Shown piece by piece: positions 43,619-54,729 of a stretch of 64,000 nucleotides of DNA (its first letter is position 1; each line of letters opens with the position of its first letter). The stretch lies in the IMG/VR virus record IMGVR_UViG_3300042290_000327, positions 1 to 64,000 of that record; one strand, written 5' to 3'. The DNA comes from a virus. The notes below the pieces were generated by a model. That model saw only the letters and a program-made list of their open reading frames with translations, had not been told where the DNA came from and made no database searches. The position numbers and the translations under genes were made by a program.

Positions 43619-44640
43619 TAAAGATCAGGCTAGTGCAACCAGATCTGCATCGGAATGAGATTGCTTTCCGGCCGTATTGGAGAGCTAGAGAAGTATTCAA
43701 GCAAGTAGGTATAGAATTTATTACCGAAGATGCTTCTTATGATTTTGCTTTTATTGCACAGGCAAGTTTTATTGATAAGCAAGTTTCCTTATCTGAATCA
43801 ATTGAAAAAGGAATAGAATTTGTTTCTAAATTTGGTAAGGATGTATTGTTGCTAGACGGACAAGATTCTCATTCCCTGATAGGTACTGCAGAGATCCTGA
43901 AAGGCACAGACGTTAGAGTTATGTTTAAGAATACTTTGCTAAAAGACCTCTCCCAATACAAGCAAGGATGGGTTAACGGCAGAACCTACTGGGGTAATGG
44001 GGACTACTCAGTACCTTACATTGATGATATTAGAGATAGGATAAAGCTGAGCGGTACAAACTGGCTTTCAACTATAACTCCTACCTGGTATAAGTACGAC
44101 AGTAATAAGCCTTTTGATGTATCGTGTATGTTTAGCTGGGGGGATAATTCAAATTACGAGTACGGTAATCTTACCTCTCCCCATTATGACAATCACCGCA
44201 AAGAACTTTTAAAGAAGTTAGAAAACACTTCTTACAAGGTTACAAAAAGAGAAAAAGGAGTAAGAATTCCTCAAGATCAATTCTATCAGAATATGTACAA
44301 CTCTAAAATTGTTACAGCTCCTATCGGGTACGGGGAGATAGCAGTTAGAGATATTGAAGCAGCTAGCTTTGGCAGTGTATTGCTAAAGCCGGATATGTCT
44401 CATTTAGATTCATATCCTTTTATCTATAAGGATAAAGAAACATACATTGCATGTAAGTATGATTGGTCTGACGTACTAGAAAAGATAGACTATATTCTGA
44501 CTAATTACAACGAACTGCAGCCTTACCTGACTGAGAATATTAAAAATGAATACACCCAGCAGTACTCCAACGAAAGCTTAGTTAAGTATTTTTATAATCA
44601 ACTATTAACAGTACAAGGAATTGGACATGAGAATAACTAA
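43615..44640 (+). CDS. glycosyltransferase (GT-B, CgeB-like C-terminus)
   Basis: APIGYGEIAVRDIEA...GSVLLKP. Confidence 0.7.
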   Translation: MIKIRLVQPDLHRNEIAFRPYWRAREVFKQVGIEFITEDASYDFAFIAQASFIDKQVSLSESIEKGIEFVSKFGKDVLLLDGQDSHSLIGTAEILKGTDVRVMFKNTLLKDLSQYKQGWVNGRTYWGNGDYSVPYIDDIRDRIKLSGTNWLSTITPTWYKYDSNKPFDVSCMFSWGDNSNYEYGNLTSPHYDNHRKELLKKLENTSYKVTKREKGVRIPQDQFYQNMYNSKIVTAPIGYGEIAVRDIEAASFGSVLLKPDMSHLDSYPFIYKDKETYIACKYDWSDVLEKIDYILTNYNELQPYLTENIKNEYTQQYSNESLVKYFYNQLLTVQGIGHENN

Positions 44641-45055
44641 CATAGATACTTTAAGCGCCTACCTTGATAGGCTTATTACTGAAAGCATTAAGTTATATTT
44701 TTTTAATAAAGATGGCCTAGCTGATAAAGTAGCTCATCAAAGAGAATTAATTGACGAAATAAAACTTAAAATTTCGGAACTATTAGTTGAATCCACAGAA
44801 AGTAACTCGTATATTTATTTAGAAGAGCATCGAACTTTTGATGAGAATTCTATTGTTGAACAGCTTGAAGAGCTTATTCAAAATGATATTAATATAGGAG
44901 AAGCAGATAGGGCTAGATTAGAAGAAACAAAAAAAGCTGAACCTAGTTTGGAAAGAATGATAGTTAACGAAAAAAGACTTCGTAAAGCTAACGAAGGTAG
45001 AGCAGCTAACAAGAACGAAATAGATAGAACTTTTAAAAGTATAGTTGAGAAATGA
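44627..45055 (+). CDS. helical hypothetical protein (DUF4254-like)
   Basis: TLSAYLDRL...IKLY pattern. Confidence 0.55.
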   Translation: MRITNIDTLSAYLDRLITESIKLYFFNKDGLADKVAHQRELIDEIKLKISELLVESTESNSYIYLEEHRTFDENSIVEQLEELIQNDINIGEADRARLEETKKAEPSLERMIVNEKRLRKANEGRAANKNEIDRTFKSIVEK

Positions 45056-46050
45056 ATAAGACTGTTTTAATTACAGGGGTTGCTGGCTTGTTAGGATCTA
45101 GATTAGCAGACTGGATTATAAAGAACAAACCAGGTTACAGAGTAATAGGAATCGATGACTTGAGCGGAGGCTATAAGGAGAACATCCACCCAGATGTAAC
45201 TTTCTGGCAAATGGATCTGGTTGATCATCCTATCGAAAATTGTTTTGAAGCTCATAAGCCTGATTACGTATTTCACTTTGCAGCCTATGCTGCAGAGGGA
45301 CTGTCTCCTTTTATACGCACATACAACTACAAGAACAATCTAGTAGCTACAGCTCGGATTGTTAATGAATGCATCAAGCATGATGTAGAAAGGCTGGTGT
45401 TTACCTCTACCATGGCCGTTTACGGATTTGGAGAGGGAGGTATTTTTCATGAGGATATGAAGCGCTCTCCAATCGATCCTTACGGAGTAGCTAAATCAGC
45501 TTGTGAGCATGATATTGAAATCGCCAACCAGCAGCACGGACTTGACTACTGCATTATCAGACCTCATAACGTCTACGGCGCTAATCAAAACATCTGGGAC
45601 AAGTACCGCAACGTTCTTGGGATTTGGATGTACTATCATATGGAAGGTCAGCCGGTAACTATTTTTGGAGACGGTACTCAAAAGAGAGCATTTAGCTACA
45701 TCGATGATTCTTTAGAACCTCTATGGAATGCTGCAGTACGCCCTGAAGCTTCCAAGCAGATTATTAACCTAGGAGGTATTCAAGAGTATTCTATCAACGA
45801 AGCAGCTGATATTCTAACTGAAGTTGTTGGAGGTGCTGAAAGAGTTTATTTAGAGAAACGCCACGAGGTACATTACGCTATCCCAACCTACGACAAGTCT
45901 ATCGAGCTACTAGGATTCCAGCACAAAACAGATCTTAAAGAAGGTTTGACTAAGATGTGGGAATGGGCTCAGCACCAACCTAAACGAGAGAGATTTGTTT
46001 GGGAGAATTACGAAATAGAAAAAGGAATTTATTCGTTCTGGAAAAAATAA
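45052..46050 (+). CDS. NAD-dependent epimerase/dehydratase
   Basis: TGVAGLLG, YGVAK, RPHNVYG, GDGTQKRAF. Confidence 0.9.
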   Translation: MNKTVLITGVAGLLGSRLADWIIKNKPGYRVIGIDDLSGGYKENIHPDVTFWQMDLVDHPIENCFEAHKPDYVFHFAAYAAEGLSPFIRTYNYKNNLVATARIVNECIKHDVERLVFTSTMAVYGFGEGGIFHEDMKRSPIDPYGVAKSACEHDIEIANQQHGLDYCIIRPHNVYGANQNIWDKYRNVLGIWMYYHMEGQPVTIFGDGTQKRAFSYIDDSLEPLWNAAVRPEASKQIINLGGIQEYSINEAADILTEVVGGAERVYLEKRHEVHYAIPTYDKSIELLGFQHKTDLKEGLTKMWEWAQHQPKRERFVWENYEIEKGIYSFWKK

Positions 46051-46052
46051 AC

Positions 46053-46937
46053 ATGAAGCGGATTGTTATAATTCCTTGCTTTGGTGAAGGGCACTTTACT
46101 GCCTTACAGATTGAAAATCTTGTAAACACTATAAAGCCTACTCACATTATTTACAATGAAGGACTATTCCCAAAAGGACCTGAAAATAAAGGAGGAGTAG
46201 ATGAAAGCTTTCGTAAAGAGTTCTGTTTCGAGGATACTAACCTAGCCTGGGATACGCAAGTAGTACAAGCAGCTGTAAAAGAAGCTCAAATAAAGTACCC
46301 CGAGATACAAATTACCTGGAATGCAGTAGACTACTCAGCCATAGATGCTAACGACTGCTACGTACATTCAGTTAGTAACTTTGAAGAATTAGGTGTAGTT
46401 GTACAAGAAGGAGATTTGATATTTCCTCTCGAAGGAGATGTATTCTTTCACAAAAATGATACCGACTTACTAGAAGAACTTATCTCCAATTTAAATCCTG
46501 ATGAAGGTCTTCAAGCTCCGTACTTAGACTTTATGGAGAATCAATACTACATAGAGGCAGAAAGTTTAGATCCTTCCCGCATTCATAAAAGAAGAATTGT
46601 TATTAAGTTTGGAACCTGGGAATACTACAGAGAGGTTGTAAAGAACTTCACAAGTCAGAAATACCCTCAGCTAACAATCTTTCCAAGATACGTATTTCAC
46701 TATGCCTGGTGGAGACCCGGTAAGTATAAAGATCTTAGATTTAGACAACTCATACGCCCAGAAGCTTACAGAAATGCTTTTAAGTCTGCATTAGAGCAGG
46801 CTAAGCATAACAACCAGGACAATATTATTATCAGGCCGGATAGATTAGAAGCTGATCCTCTACGTTATATAACTCGAATTAATATAGATCACCCGTTGGA
46901 GATCTATACTCATCCTAACTATATTAAAGCATTATGA
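46053..46937 (+). CDS. glycosyltransferase-like protein
   Basis: IIIPC, EGDVF, FHYAW; context. Confidence 0.55.
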   Translation: MKRIVIIPCFGEGHFTALQIENLVNTIKPTHIIYNEGLFPKGPENKGGVDESFRKEFCFEDTNLAWDTQVVQAAVKEAQIKYPEIQITWNAVDYSAIDANDCYVHSVSNFEELGVVVQEGDLIFPLEGDVFFHKNDTDLLEELISNLNPDEGLQAPYLDFMENQYYIEAESLDPSRIHKRRIVIKFGTWEYYREVVKNFTSQKYPQLTIFPRYVFHYAWWRPGKYKDLRFRQLIRPEAYRNAFKSALEQAKHNNQDNIIIRPDRLEADPLRYITRINIDHPLEIYTHPNYIKAL

Positions 46938-47506
46938 CACTAGCTGAAAACAAATACCAGGAACACTGTGGGAGGTATTCCGATATACATGAACATTTAC
47001 CTACACTTTATAAGTATGCAGCTGAATGTGATCATGTAACTGAGATGGGAGTTCGTGAAGTAGTATCTACTTGGGCTTTCCTGCATGCAAAACCTTCTCG
47101 GTTAGTTTCGTATGACCTATTTACATCTTCAAATATTTCACTAGCCAAGCAAGCTGCAAAAGAAATTGAAGTTGATTTTACTTTTATACAAGCAAACGTA
47201 TTAGATGTTGTAATAGAAGAGACAGACTTACTTTTTATAGACACCTGGCATAAGTACGGGCAACTATCTCAGGAACTTCCAATGCATTGCAACGCTGTAC
47301 GTAAGTACATTATACTACACGATACGACAAAGTACGCAACTCAGGATGAAGGTACTTGGGGCCGGTATAGCGATCAAAGGACAGAAGGCAAACAGAAGGC
47401 TGGACTCTGGTCAGCTGTTGAAGAGTTCTTAGAAATAAACCCCGAGTGGAGTATTGCTGAAAGATTTACAAACAATAACGGACTTACTGTACTTAAAAGA
47501 ATATGA
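46934..47506 (+). CDS. class I SAM methyltransferase
   Basis: EMGVR, DLLFIDTWH, ILHDT, NNGL. Confidence 0.8.
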   Translation: MTLAENKYQEHCGRYSDIHEHLPTLYKYAAECDHVTEMGVREVVSTWAFLHAKPSRLVSYDLFTSSNISLAKQAAKEIEVDFTFIQANVLDVVIEETDLLFIDTWHKYGQLSQELPMHCNAVRKYIILHDTTKYATQDEGTWGRYSDQRTEGKQKAGLWSAVEEFLEINPEWSIAERFTNNNGLTVLKRI

Positions 47507-48147
47507 GACAACTAGCTGAAGAGATAATTAGGGAGGGTATTACAAAGGTAAGCCTTGAAAGATTCGAAACAATAATTAGGCATTTTGATAAAATTAATGC
47601 AGTAGAAGGAGATATTATTGAATGCGGAGTATGGAAAGGTGGAATGGGAGTCTTTCTTTCAAAAATATTCGAAAACAGAACTATCTGGCTTGCCGACAGC
47701 TACCAAGGGTTTGAAAACCAAAAAACCAGTACCTACTTTTTTAAAGATGAAAATCACCATGAAGGACCCAGAATGGTTGCACCTCTACAAATAATTCAGG
47801 ACAGCCTTAAAAAATTTGGCCTTGAAGAAGGTAATCGTATTAAGTTTTTAAAGGGGTTTGTAAAAGATACTTTGCCTGATGCAGGCATAGGTACCATTGC
47901 ACTACTCAGAGTAGACGTCGATGCCTACTCGGCAACTAGAGATGTATTGGATAACCTGTACGACAAAGTACAAAAAGGAGGTTATATTATTTTTGATGAT
48001 ACTAGCCTCAACGAATCTCGAGCAGCAATAAAAGACTTTATACAAGAACGAGGTATTTCTTTCACTCTACTCCACCCCGAAACTGATAAGGAAGTAAATC
48101 TAAATACAGGCTCTCTTCCTTCCGGATGTTACACAATTAAACAATAG
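47503..48147 (+). CDS. TylF/MycF-family O-methyltransferase
   Basis: GDIIECGVWKGG, DSYQG, GFVKDTL, LRVDVDAY, GGYIIFDD. Confidence 0.9.
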   Translation: MRQLAEEIIREGITKVSLERFETIIRHFDKINAVEGDIIECGVWKGGMGVFLSKIFENRTIWLADSYQGFENQKTSTYFFKDENHHEGPRMVAPLQIIQDSLKKFGLEEGNRIKFLKGFVKDTLPDAGIGTIALLRVDVDAYSATRDVLDNLYDKVQKGGYIIFDDTSLNESRAAIKDFIQERGISFTLLHPETDKEVNLNTGSLPSGCYTIKQ

Positions 48148-48148
48148 T

Positions 48149-48886
48149 ATGAAAACACTAGCAGTTATTTACAACCACAATCTTCCTGATCTAACCGATC
48201 AGCTTTTTGAATCTCTAGAAGCACATAGAGATGATTCTTATGACCTAATCATTATAGATAACGGTTCTACACCGGAAGGTAAAAGCAAATACACTACTCA
48301 CGAGACAGGACAGAATGTTTACTTTGGGGGAGCTTTAAACCTTGCTATGCAATTGTTTTTAGAGAATAAAGAATACGACAGTCTGCTTTCTCTCAATAAC
48401 GATTTAATTCTACATGGAGGTAACTTTGTTAAATCTCTTCGCAAAGCTATGTTCGAAAAAGATTACAAAATTGTTTCTCCTTGTGTACTACAGCCTCAAA
48501 AGAACCAGTGCAAATGGAAGTATGTTCATTGCTGGTCTGCTACCGAAGTACGTGATGTTAAGTGGGTAGACTTTCAAGCACCTTTAATGCATAGAGACTT
48601 AGTTGAGAAGATTAGTCAGTTTTCTAATCAGCTGATCTACGGCTGGGGACAGGATGTATACTCAGGTATTGTTTGTGAACAGAACAACTGGAAAGTTGGA
48701 GTAGTTGACTGGTGTCCAGTCATACATTACTCAGCTCAGACCTACAAGCAGGAAAAAAGTAACTTATCTCTAAATGAATACTGTATGAATGCAGAAGGAA
48801 ATATGTTTAAGTTCTTTGAAAATAACGATTTAGTTCGTATATTCAATGAATACAGAACTCTCTCTGCAAATTATACCTATGCGTAA
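48149..48886 (+). CDS. glycosyltransferase family 2
   Basis: IIDNGS, LNND, GWGQD. Confidence 0.8.
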   Translation: MKTLAVIYNHNLPDLTDQLFESLEAHRDDSYDLIIIDNGSTPEGKSKYTTHETGQNVYFGGALNLAMQLFLENKEYDSLLSLNNDLILHGGNFVKSLRKAMFEKDYKIVSPCVLQPQKNQCKWKYVHCWSATEVRDVKWVDFQAPLMHRDLVEKISQFSNQLIYGWGQDVYSGIVCEQNNWKVGVVDWCPVIHYSAQTYKQEKSNLSLNEYCMNAEGNMFKFFENNDLVRIFNEYRTLSANYTYA

Positions 48887-49616
48887 CGTTGTCTTCATCA
48901 CGAATCTAGCCACAAACTACGATACTGTTAACTATTCTCAGTTCTGCTTAAACACCTGGCAGCACTGGTGCAAGCGACACGATGTAGAACTCATCGTATT
49001 AGATCAACCTCTAGTAGATCCTACTGAGATGAAAGCTACCTGGCAGAGGTGGTACGTCTTAGATATACTAGAGACAAATAATATTGAGTACGATCAGGTA
49101 GCACTGGTGGATATCGATACGATGATTCACTGGGATGCTCCTAACTTCTTTAATGAGACTAAGCATAATCTAGCAGCTTGTGTGGATAATGACAACGTAG
49201 GATGGGTATGGCAGAGCTTGAAAGGCTACCAGCACCTCTTCCCAGAAGTCAAATTGGATTGGGTTGATTACTACAATTGCGGATTCGTAGTAATAAACAA
49301 GCAGCATAGAGATCTTTGTACTGCTATTACTGACTTCTGGCATAAAAACTCAGAAACTCTAGTATACTTACAGACAACTCTGCGCAAAGGAACAGATCAA
49401 ACTCCTGTTAATTACCTCACCCGGCAGTCAGAGTACGATGTAACACTATTGAGTAAGAGATGGAATCTAACTCACCTTAACCGGAAAGAACTGCTCAATG
49501 ATTTTATGTTCGTTGACTGCGGATATGTATGGCATTTTAATGGGTTTGACAAAGAACATCGCCTAAGCTTTATGAGTCAGACCTGGGATAAATACAAGTC
49601 AAACTATGGGAACTAA
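48879..49616 (+). CDS. glycosyltransferase family 8-like
   Basis: VDID, YNCGF, DQTPVN, WN, HFNG. Confidence 0.8.
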   Translation: MRNVVFITNLATNYDTVNYSQFCLNTWQHWCKRHDVELIVLDQPLVDPTEMKATWQRWYVLDILETNNIEYDQVALVDIDTMIHWDAPNFFNETKHNLAACVDNDNVGWVWQSLKGYQHLFPEVKLDWVDYYNCGFVVINKQHRDLCTAITDFWHKNSETLVYLQTTLRKGTDQTPVNYLTRQSEYDVTLLSKRWNLTHLNRKELLNDFMFVDCGYVWHFNGFDKEHRLSFMSQTWDKYKSNYGN

Positions 49617-50553
49617 ATTTGCTATTGGATGTCTCGTACAATGGTACGAAGTACATATGGTAGAAGAATACTTCAGCACTCTACGCAAATCTATCGATAG
49701 CTACTTAGGAGAAGTTTTAGTAGATATTCTAGTATGCGCCAGTCAAGAACTAGAAGTAGCCCAGCAAGGAAAGTTAGATTATTGCTTAGATACGATTAAA
49801 GACCTTGCTAGGAAGTATAACTTTAGCAGCAACGTAACACCTGACTTAGTTACTATCGCTCAGTACAGACGAGACTTCAACAACAACTACTGTAACCTAG
49901 TTGATATACTTGTATGGGGGGAATCTGATATGTTAGTCCCGCAACAAGCCTTTACGGTATTAGATTACCTACATCAGTCTGTCCCTGATACCCCTAAGTA
50001 CATTACAACATTTGCTATTTGTAAGATGTGGGATAAGAGCTGGGAACCTCTAGAACACCCAGAGTTTACAGACAAGCCTTTTATCGAAGGAGATAGTGAG
50101 AACTGGTGGAATATTCCCTACACGATGACCGAGCAGGAAATGAATAAGTTTAACAATATTGAAGACTTACAGGTAACTTCCATAACCCCTCATAAATTTA
50201 ATGGATGTGGATTAGCAATATCCTCAGAAATTATTAAAGCAGGAGTTAATATACCCTCTTCTGTCTTCTTTATTCACGAAGATACAGCTTTCATGCATGT
50301 GCTTAGTCGGCTGCTTCCTGCAATTCCGCAGTACCATTTTAAGAACTTGCTTGTAGTCCATAATAGAAAGCATCCTAGTAAGAGAAATTACATTGCAGGT
50401 GAGCAAGTTTTTGAAGCAAAGGACATAGATAGTAAAAGAAAATCCCACAACTGGTACAAGTTAGCTAACGAATACTGTAGAAGTAATTCAAACAATTTAT
50501 TTAATCCTAATTATAAATCCTACACCTGGAAAGACGTTTTTAAAAATGCTTAG
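49606..50553 (+). CDS. glycosyltransferase-like protein
   Basis: GESD, HEDT GT-A-like motifs; context. Confidence 0.55.
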   Translation: MGTKFAIGCLVQWYEVHMVEEYFSTLRKSIDSYLGEVLVDILVCASQELEVAQQGKLDYCLDTIKDLARKYNFSSNVTPDLVTIAQYRRDFNNNYCNLVDILVWGESDMLVPQQAFTVLDYLHQSVPDTPKYITTFAICKMWDKSWEPLEHPEFTDKPFIEGDSENWWNIPYTMTEQEMNKFNNIEDLQVTSITPHKFNGCGLAISSEIIKAGVNIPSSVFFIHEDTAFMHVLSRLLPAIPQYHFKNLLVVHNRKHPSKRNYIAGEQVFEAKDIDSKRKSHNWYKLANEYCRSNSNNLFNPNYKSYTWKDVFKNA

Positions 50554-51292
50554 AATCTACTACAGAATATCAGAAACAGGTTATAACAAAGTTAAACCTT
50601 CTTTTATTAACAACGAGAACTGCTTACGAAATTTTGTGAAACATTTCGATCCTAGTACCATAACAGTAATAGCTGACAATATAGGAGAGGAAACTTTTGC
50701 AATGATCTCCAAGTATGTACCGGTTGAGAATATACAGAAGCACTCTGTAGGTAACGGAGCAGGTACTTTTAATTTAGCGTTAGATCAAGCTCTTAAATTA
50801 GAAGACGACACTACTGTGTATTTTGTAGAGAATGATTACCTACACAGGGCCGGAGCAAGAAAGGTCTTAGAGGAAATATTTCTAGCAGGTGTAAACTACG
50901 TGACTCTCTACGATCATCCAGATAAGTACATACTCGCTGAACATGGAGGAAACAAGCTATGCAAAGACGGACCTGAAGTCACTCGAGTATTTGTATCTCA
51001 GCACACTCACTGGAAGGTAACTAATTCTACCACTATGACTTTTGCTACTAAGGTCAAGACCTTGAAAGCAGATGAAGATATCCTGCGCAAGTACACAAAC
51101 GGAATTCACCCAGAGAGTGGAAAGGTAACGGGACATCCCTACGACTTCTCTATGTTTTTGGAATTAAACGCTCGCAAGCGTATATTAATAAGCCCTATAC
51201 CTGGGTACTCTACTCACGGAGAAACATATTTTATGTCTCCTTTAATAAATTGGCAAAGCGAAGTTGATGATTACCACGTGCATCTCCACTAA
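50546..51292 (+). CDS. glycosyltransferase family 2-like
   Basis: IADN, YFVENDYLH, STH. Confidence 0.65.
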   Translation: MLRIYYRISETGYNKVKPSFINNENCLRNFVKHFDPSTITVIADNIGEETFAMISKYVPVENIQKHSVGNGAGTFNLALDQALKLEDDTTVYFVENDYLHRAGARKVLEEIFLAGVNYVTLYDHPDKYILAEHGGNKLCKDGPEVTRVFVSQHTHWKVTNSTTMTFATKVKTLKADEDILRKYTNGIHPESGKVTGHPYDFSMFLELNARKRILISPIPGYSTHGETYFMSPLINWQSEVDDYHVHLH

Positions 51293-52172
51293 TAATAACT
51301 TAAACTACCTTAAGCTAGCTATTGCTTCTGTAAGGAAGAATGCATACTATAAGGGCCAACCTATTATTGTGCATGCTGAAAACTGCACTGACGGAACGGA
51401 TGAATGGCTGCAAGCAGAGGCTTTAAGCTTAGGAGTAGAGTATTATATTGATCATAATACTAAACCTAAAGGTATTGGAGGGGGAATGAACTTCTGCGTC
51501 GATAAAGCTCAGTCAGAGTTTGTTAACATTATTCATTCTGATATGTGGATAGGCCCTAACCAGGACTTAGAACTGCTTAAGCTATTTGAAAATACTAAGA
51601 GTAAATTAATTGCTTCTTCGTTTAGAATACAACCTAAAATCTTCCCAACCGATCCAGACTATAGACCGGGAACAGTATTCTTCCCACCTGAGGCATTTGG
51701 GGAGTTTCACTACAATTTTAACTCTGAATTATTTGACCAATTTGCCTCAGAGTTTTCTGAATTAAACAAAGAAGCTGTAGTACGCAAAGGAGGTGGAGCA
51801 GGGTTTTTCTGTCGCAAAAAAGACTTTGTTAATATTGGTGGAAACGATCCTATCTTCTCTCCGTCAAGTTGGGAGGATATGGATCTGTTTATCAGAATGC
51901 AGGTTGAAGGGTATGAGTTTAAAATGGTTGCTACTTCAGTACTGTACCACTTCTCTGCAAGAGGAAGTCACTTTAAAGAAGATAATTTAAAAGAAAAATC
52001 TGATAGGCAAAAATCAGCAGAGTTAGCTAATGTTGCTAAGTTTGGGAACAAGTGGGGACAGCTACCCGAGCATGATGAGCATACTTTTGTGAAACCTATT
52101 TATAATAGTGGAGTGAATTCGGTTATGTCTTTTGAAGAAAACTTAAAATATTTTGAAGGTTATGGAAAGTGA
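51267..52172 (+). CDS. glycosyltransferase family 2
   Basis: NCTDGT, HSDM, IGGND, WEDMD. Confidence 0.8.
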   Translation: MITTCISTNNNLNYLKLAIASVRKNAYYKGQPIIVHAENCTDGTDEWLQAEALSLGVEYYIDHNTKPKGIGGGMNFCVDKAQSEFVNIIHSDMWIGPNQDLELLKLFENTKSKLIASSFRIQPKIFPTDPDYRPGTVFFPPEAFGEFHYNFNSELFDQFASEFSELNKEAVVRKGGGAGFFCRKKDFVNIGGNDPIFSPSSWEDMDLFIRMQVEGYEFKMVATSVLYHFSARGSHFKEDNLKEKSDRQKSAELANVAKFGNKWGQLPEHDEHTFVKPIYNSGVNSVMSFEENLKYFEGYGK

Positions 52173-53091
52173 AAAGATTTTTATCACTGGCGGAGCAGGA
52201 TACCTAGGCCGGAATCTTGTTAAGAGGTATTATACTGATAATGAAATAACAGTGTACTCTAGAGACGAGGCAAAGCACTACTATCTTAAAAAAGAGTTCC
52301 CAAACATTAATTGTGTCATAGGAGACGTTCGCAACTACGACTTGCTTAAAAGAGCTTCTGCCGGACATACTATTGGGATTTTTGCTGCATCTCTAAAACA
52401 GATTGAAGCTGTAGATCAGAATGTAGAAGAAGGAGTACGAGTGATTGTAGATGGAGCTATTAATTCTAGAAGAGTAGCAGAAGAGAATAACTTTAAAGCA
52501 GCTTGCTTTATCTCCTCAGATAAATCTAGAGCAGCTACAACCCTATACGGTGCTATGAAGTTTGTAGCAGGAGAAGCTTTTATCGTAAATGCTGAAAAGT
52601 CTAACGTTAAGCTTTCCACTGCTATCTACGGTAACGTACTGAACTCAACCGGTTCAATTATCCCTTTGATGTGGGATGCAATCAGAAAAGGTTATAAACT
52701 TACTCTATACTCTCCTGAGATGACTCGTTTTATGATCGATATCGAGCAAGCTATTGACCTTATTGAGGCAGGTCTACAAGAAACTGGGTACAATGTCATA
52801 CCTAATTTAAACGCTTTTAAGGTAAGAGATCTGTTTGAAATTTATGCTGAAAAGTTTGGATTAGAATATAAACTCGGCACACCACGCATCTCTGAAAAGT
52901 TGCATGAAATGATGGTTTCAAAGGAGGAGAGGCCAAGAACATTTTTTAATGTAGGTAATAACACCTACTACATGCATTACAAAGATATCTCAGATAGGGA
53001 AGTAAGCTGGGAAGAATTTACAAGCGATCAAGTGGTAGTAAGTAAGCAGGAACTTGAAGATATTTTGCAACATAATAATTACTTCCAATGA
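52162..53091 (+). CDS. UDP-GlcNAc 4,6-dehydratase-like (PseB/FnlA/CapD family)
   Basis: ITGGAG, YSRDE.K, GDVR, ISSDK, YGAMK, YGNV..S.GS, EKLHE. Confidence 0.85.
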   Translation: MESEKIFITGGAGYLGRNLVKRYYTDNEITVYSRDEAKHYYLKKEFPNINCVIGDVRNYDLLKRASAGHTIGIFAASLKQIEAVDQNVEEGVRVIVDGAINSRRVAEENNFKAACFISSDKSRAATTLYGAMKFVAGEAFIVNAEKSNVKLSTAIYGNVLNSTGSIIPLMWDAIRKGYKLTLYSPEMTRFMIDIEQAIDLIEAGLQETGYNVIPNLNAFKVRDLFEIYAEKFGLEYKLGTPRISEKLHEMMVSKEERPRTFFNVGNNTYYMHYKDISDREVSWEEFTSDQVVVSKQELEDILQHNNYFQ

Positions 53092-53807
53092 ACGTTCTAA
53101 TACTAGGGCACAAAGGGATGCTCGGACACATGGTTTGCGAGTACCTTTCTGATAACGGGATCACAGTCACTGTTACCCCCTTCCGTTACTTAACTCCTGA
53201 TTTTGCCGATGCAGTAACTTCTTTTAAAGGAGAATATATTATTAACTGTATTGGAGCTATCCCTCAACGGACTAAAGACTTTTCTATTAACGAAACTTTA
53301 CCGCACTGGCTAGATACTTTAGCAAACACTAAAGTTATCCATCCAGGAACAGATTGTGAAATGGATAGCGATGAATATGGAGTTTCTAAAAGAGTAGCTA
53401 GAGATTTTCTTATATTGAAAGGAACAAGGACTAAGATACTTAAGACGTCAATAATTGGTCCTGAGCTAGATTCTAAAGTAAGCTTATTGGGATGGTTTTT
53501 AAATAGCGAAGGAAGTGTTACCGGCTACAGCAAAGCGATGTGGAGCGGTATTACAACTTTAGAATGGGCTAAACAGTGTTATAGTTTAATGCAAGATTGG
53601 GATAGTTACGGGGTAGAAAATATTATTCAAAGTACTTGCCTATCTAAATTTAATTTACTATCTTTAATAAAAGAAGTGTTTAATAAGGATATTGAAATCA
53701 TACCAAACCCTTTAGTAGAAGTAAATAAATGCCTTGTAGGAGGAATAGAAACGAAATCAATTAAAGAGCAGCTCATCGAGTTAAAAGAGTACTACTATGA
53801 TAATTGA
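53088..53807 (+). CDS. RmlD-like NDP-sugar reductase
   Basis: GHKGMLG, INCIG, TDC, YGVSK, TSIIG. Confidence 0.8.
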   Translation: MNVLILGHKGMLGHMVCEYLSDNGITVTVTPFRYLTPDFADAVTSFKGEYIINCIGAIPQRTKDFSINETLPHWLDTLANTKVIHPGTDCEMDSDEYGVSKRVARDFLILKGTRTKILKTSIIGPELDSKVSLLGWFLNSEGSVTGYSKAMWSGITTLEWAKQCYSLMQDWDSYGVENIIQSTCLSKFNLLSLIKEVFNKDIEIIPNPLVEVNKCLVGGIETKSIKEQLIELKEYYYDN

Positions 53808-54729
53808 CCTAAACCCAGAGTTTGGCTACGAGCTTGTATGTGCAGCTCCTTATGCCTACTGGCTTAAAGAGCAAGGAGAGTACGTTAAGGTGATAACAAG
53901 TAAAGGAATGAAACCTTACTACTGGTTTTGTGACGAAGTAGAAGAAAAATATACTAACAGGTCTGTAGATAATTCTACTAACGGGGTACAGAATTTGCCT
54001 AACACCTGGGTACATCATAATGCTCTAGCTATTTTTGGGAAAGACTATAGTCTACTTACTGAACAAGAGCAGCAACAAGCCAACGGATGGTTAGATTACT
54101 CTCAATGGGTAGCACCTCCTTATGCTGAGAAGTATTCTAAAAAAGGAGTACCTGCTTTAAGTAACTATGTTATTATCTCAAATAGGTTTAACTTAGAGCA
54201 CGGGCAGGCACCTATCGGATACTTCGATATAGAGAGCTTGTATACTATGTTCAACATTCTAACCGAAAAAGGTTATAACATTATCTATAAACGACCTCGT
54301 AATACAGAGTTTACTACCGATCCTAATGAACTACAGAATAGAGATATCGTAGCCAATGTAGAAGGTCAAGGAGTAATCACCGACTACCAGCTTACAGAGT
54401 ACTTTGAGAATGTATACCTACTTGATGATATTGTTAATGAGGTAGGGGGTACATATAATGAAGCTCAGTTAGAAATATACTCTAGCGCAGAAGGATTTAT
54501 ATCTATGGGCGGAGGTTCAAGTATACTTTGTAGCTACTTTAATAAACCTGTTATTATTTACGTAAATACTTCTAAAGATATTAGACCGGGCTATTTTGAA
54601 GGAGAATCCTATTTTAATAAACTATCTAAAGCAAAGGTATTACCTGTAGTTGATACTTTAGACGAAATAGTTAAAAGAGGTTATCGAGATTATTCTAGGG
54701 TATTTGAATTTATTAAAGAAATATTGTAA
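53797..54729 (+). CDS. glycosyltransferase-like protein (GT-B)
   Basis: EFGYEL, FISMGGGSS; context. Confidence 0.55.
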   Translation: MIIDLNPEFGYELVCAAPYAYWLKEQGEYVKVITSKGMKPYYWFCDEVEEKYTNRSVDNSTNGVQNLPNTWVHHNALAIFGKDYSLLTEQEQQQANGWLDYSQWVAPPYAEKYSKKGVPALSNYVIISNRFNLEHGQAPIGYFDIESLYTMFNILTEKGYNIIYKRPRNTEFTTDPNELQNRDIVANVEGQGVITDYQLTEYFENVYLLDDIVNEVGGTYNEAQLEIYSSAEGFISMGGGSSILCSYFNKPVIIYVNTSKDIRPGYFEGESYFNKLSKAKVLPVVDTLDEIVKRGYRDYSRVFEFIKEIL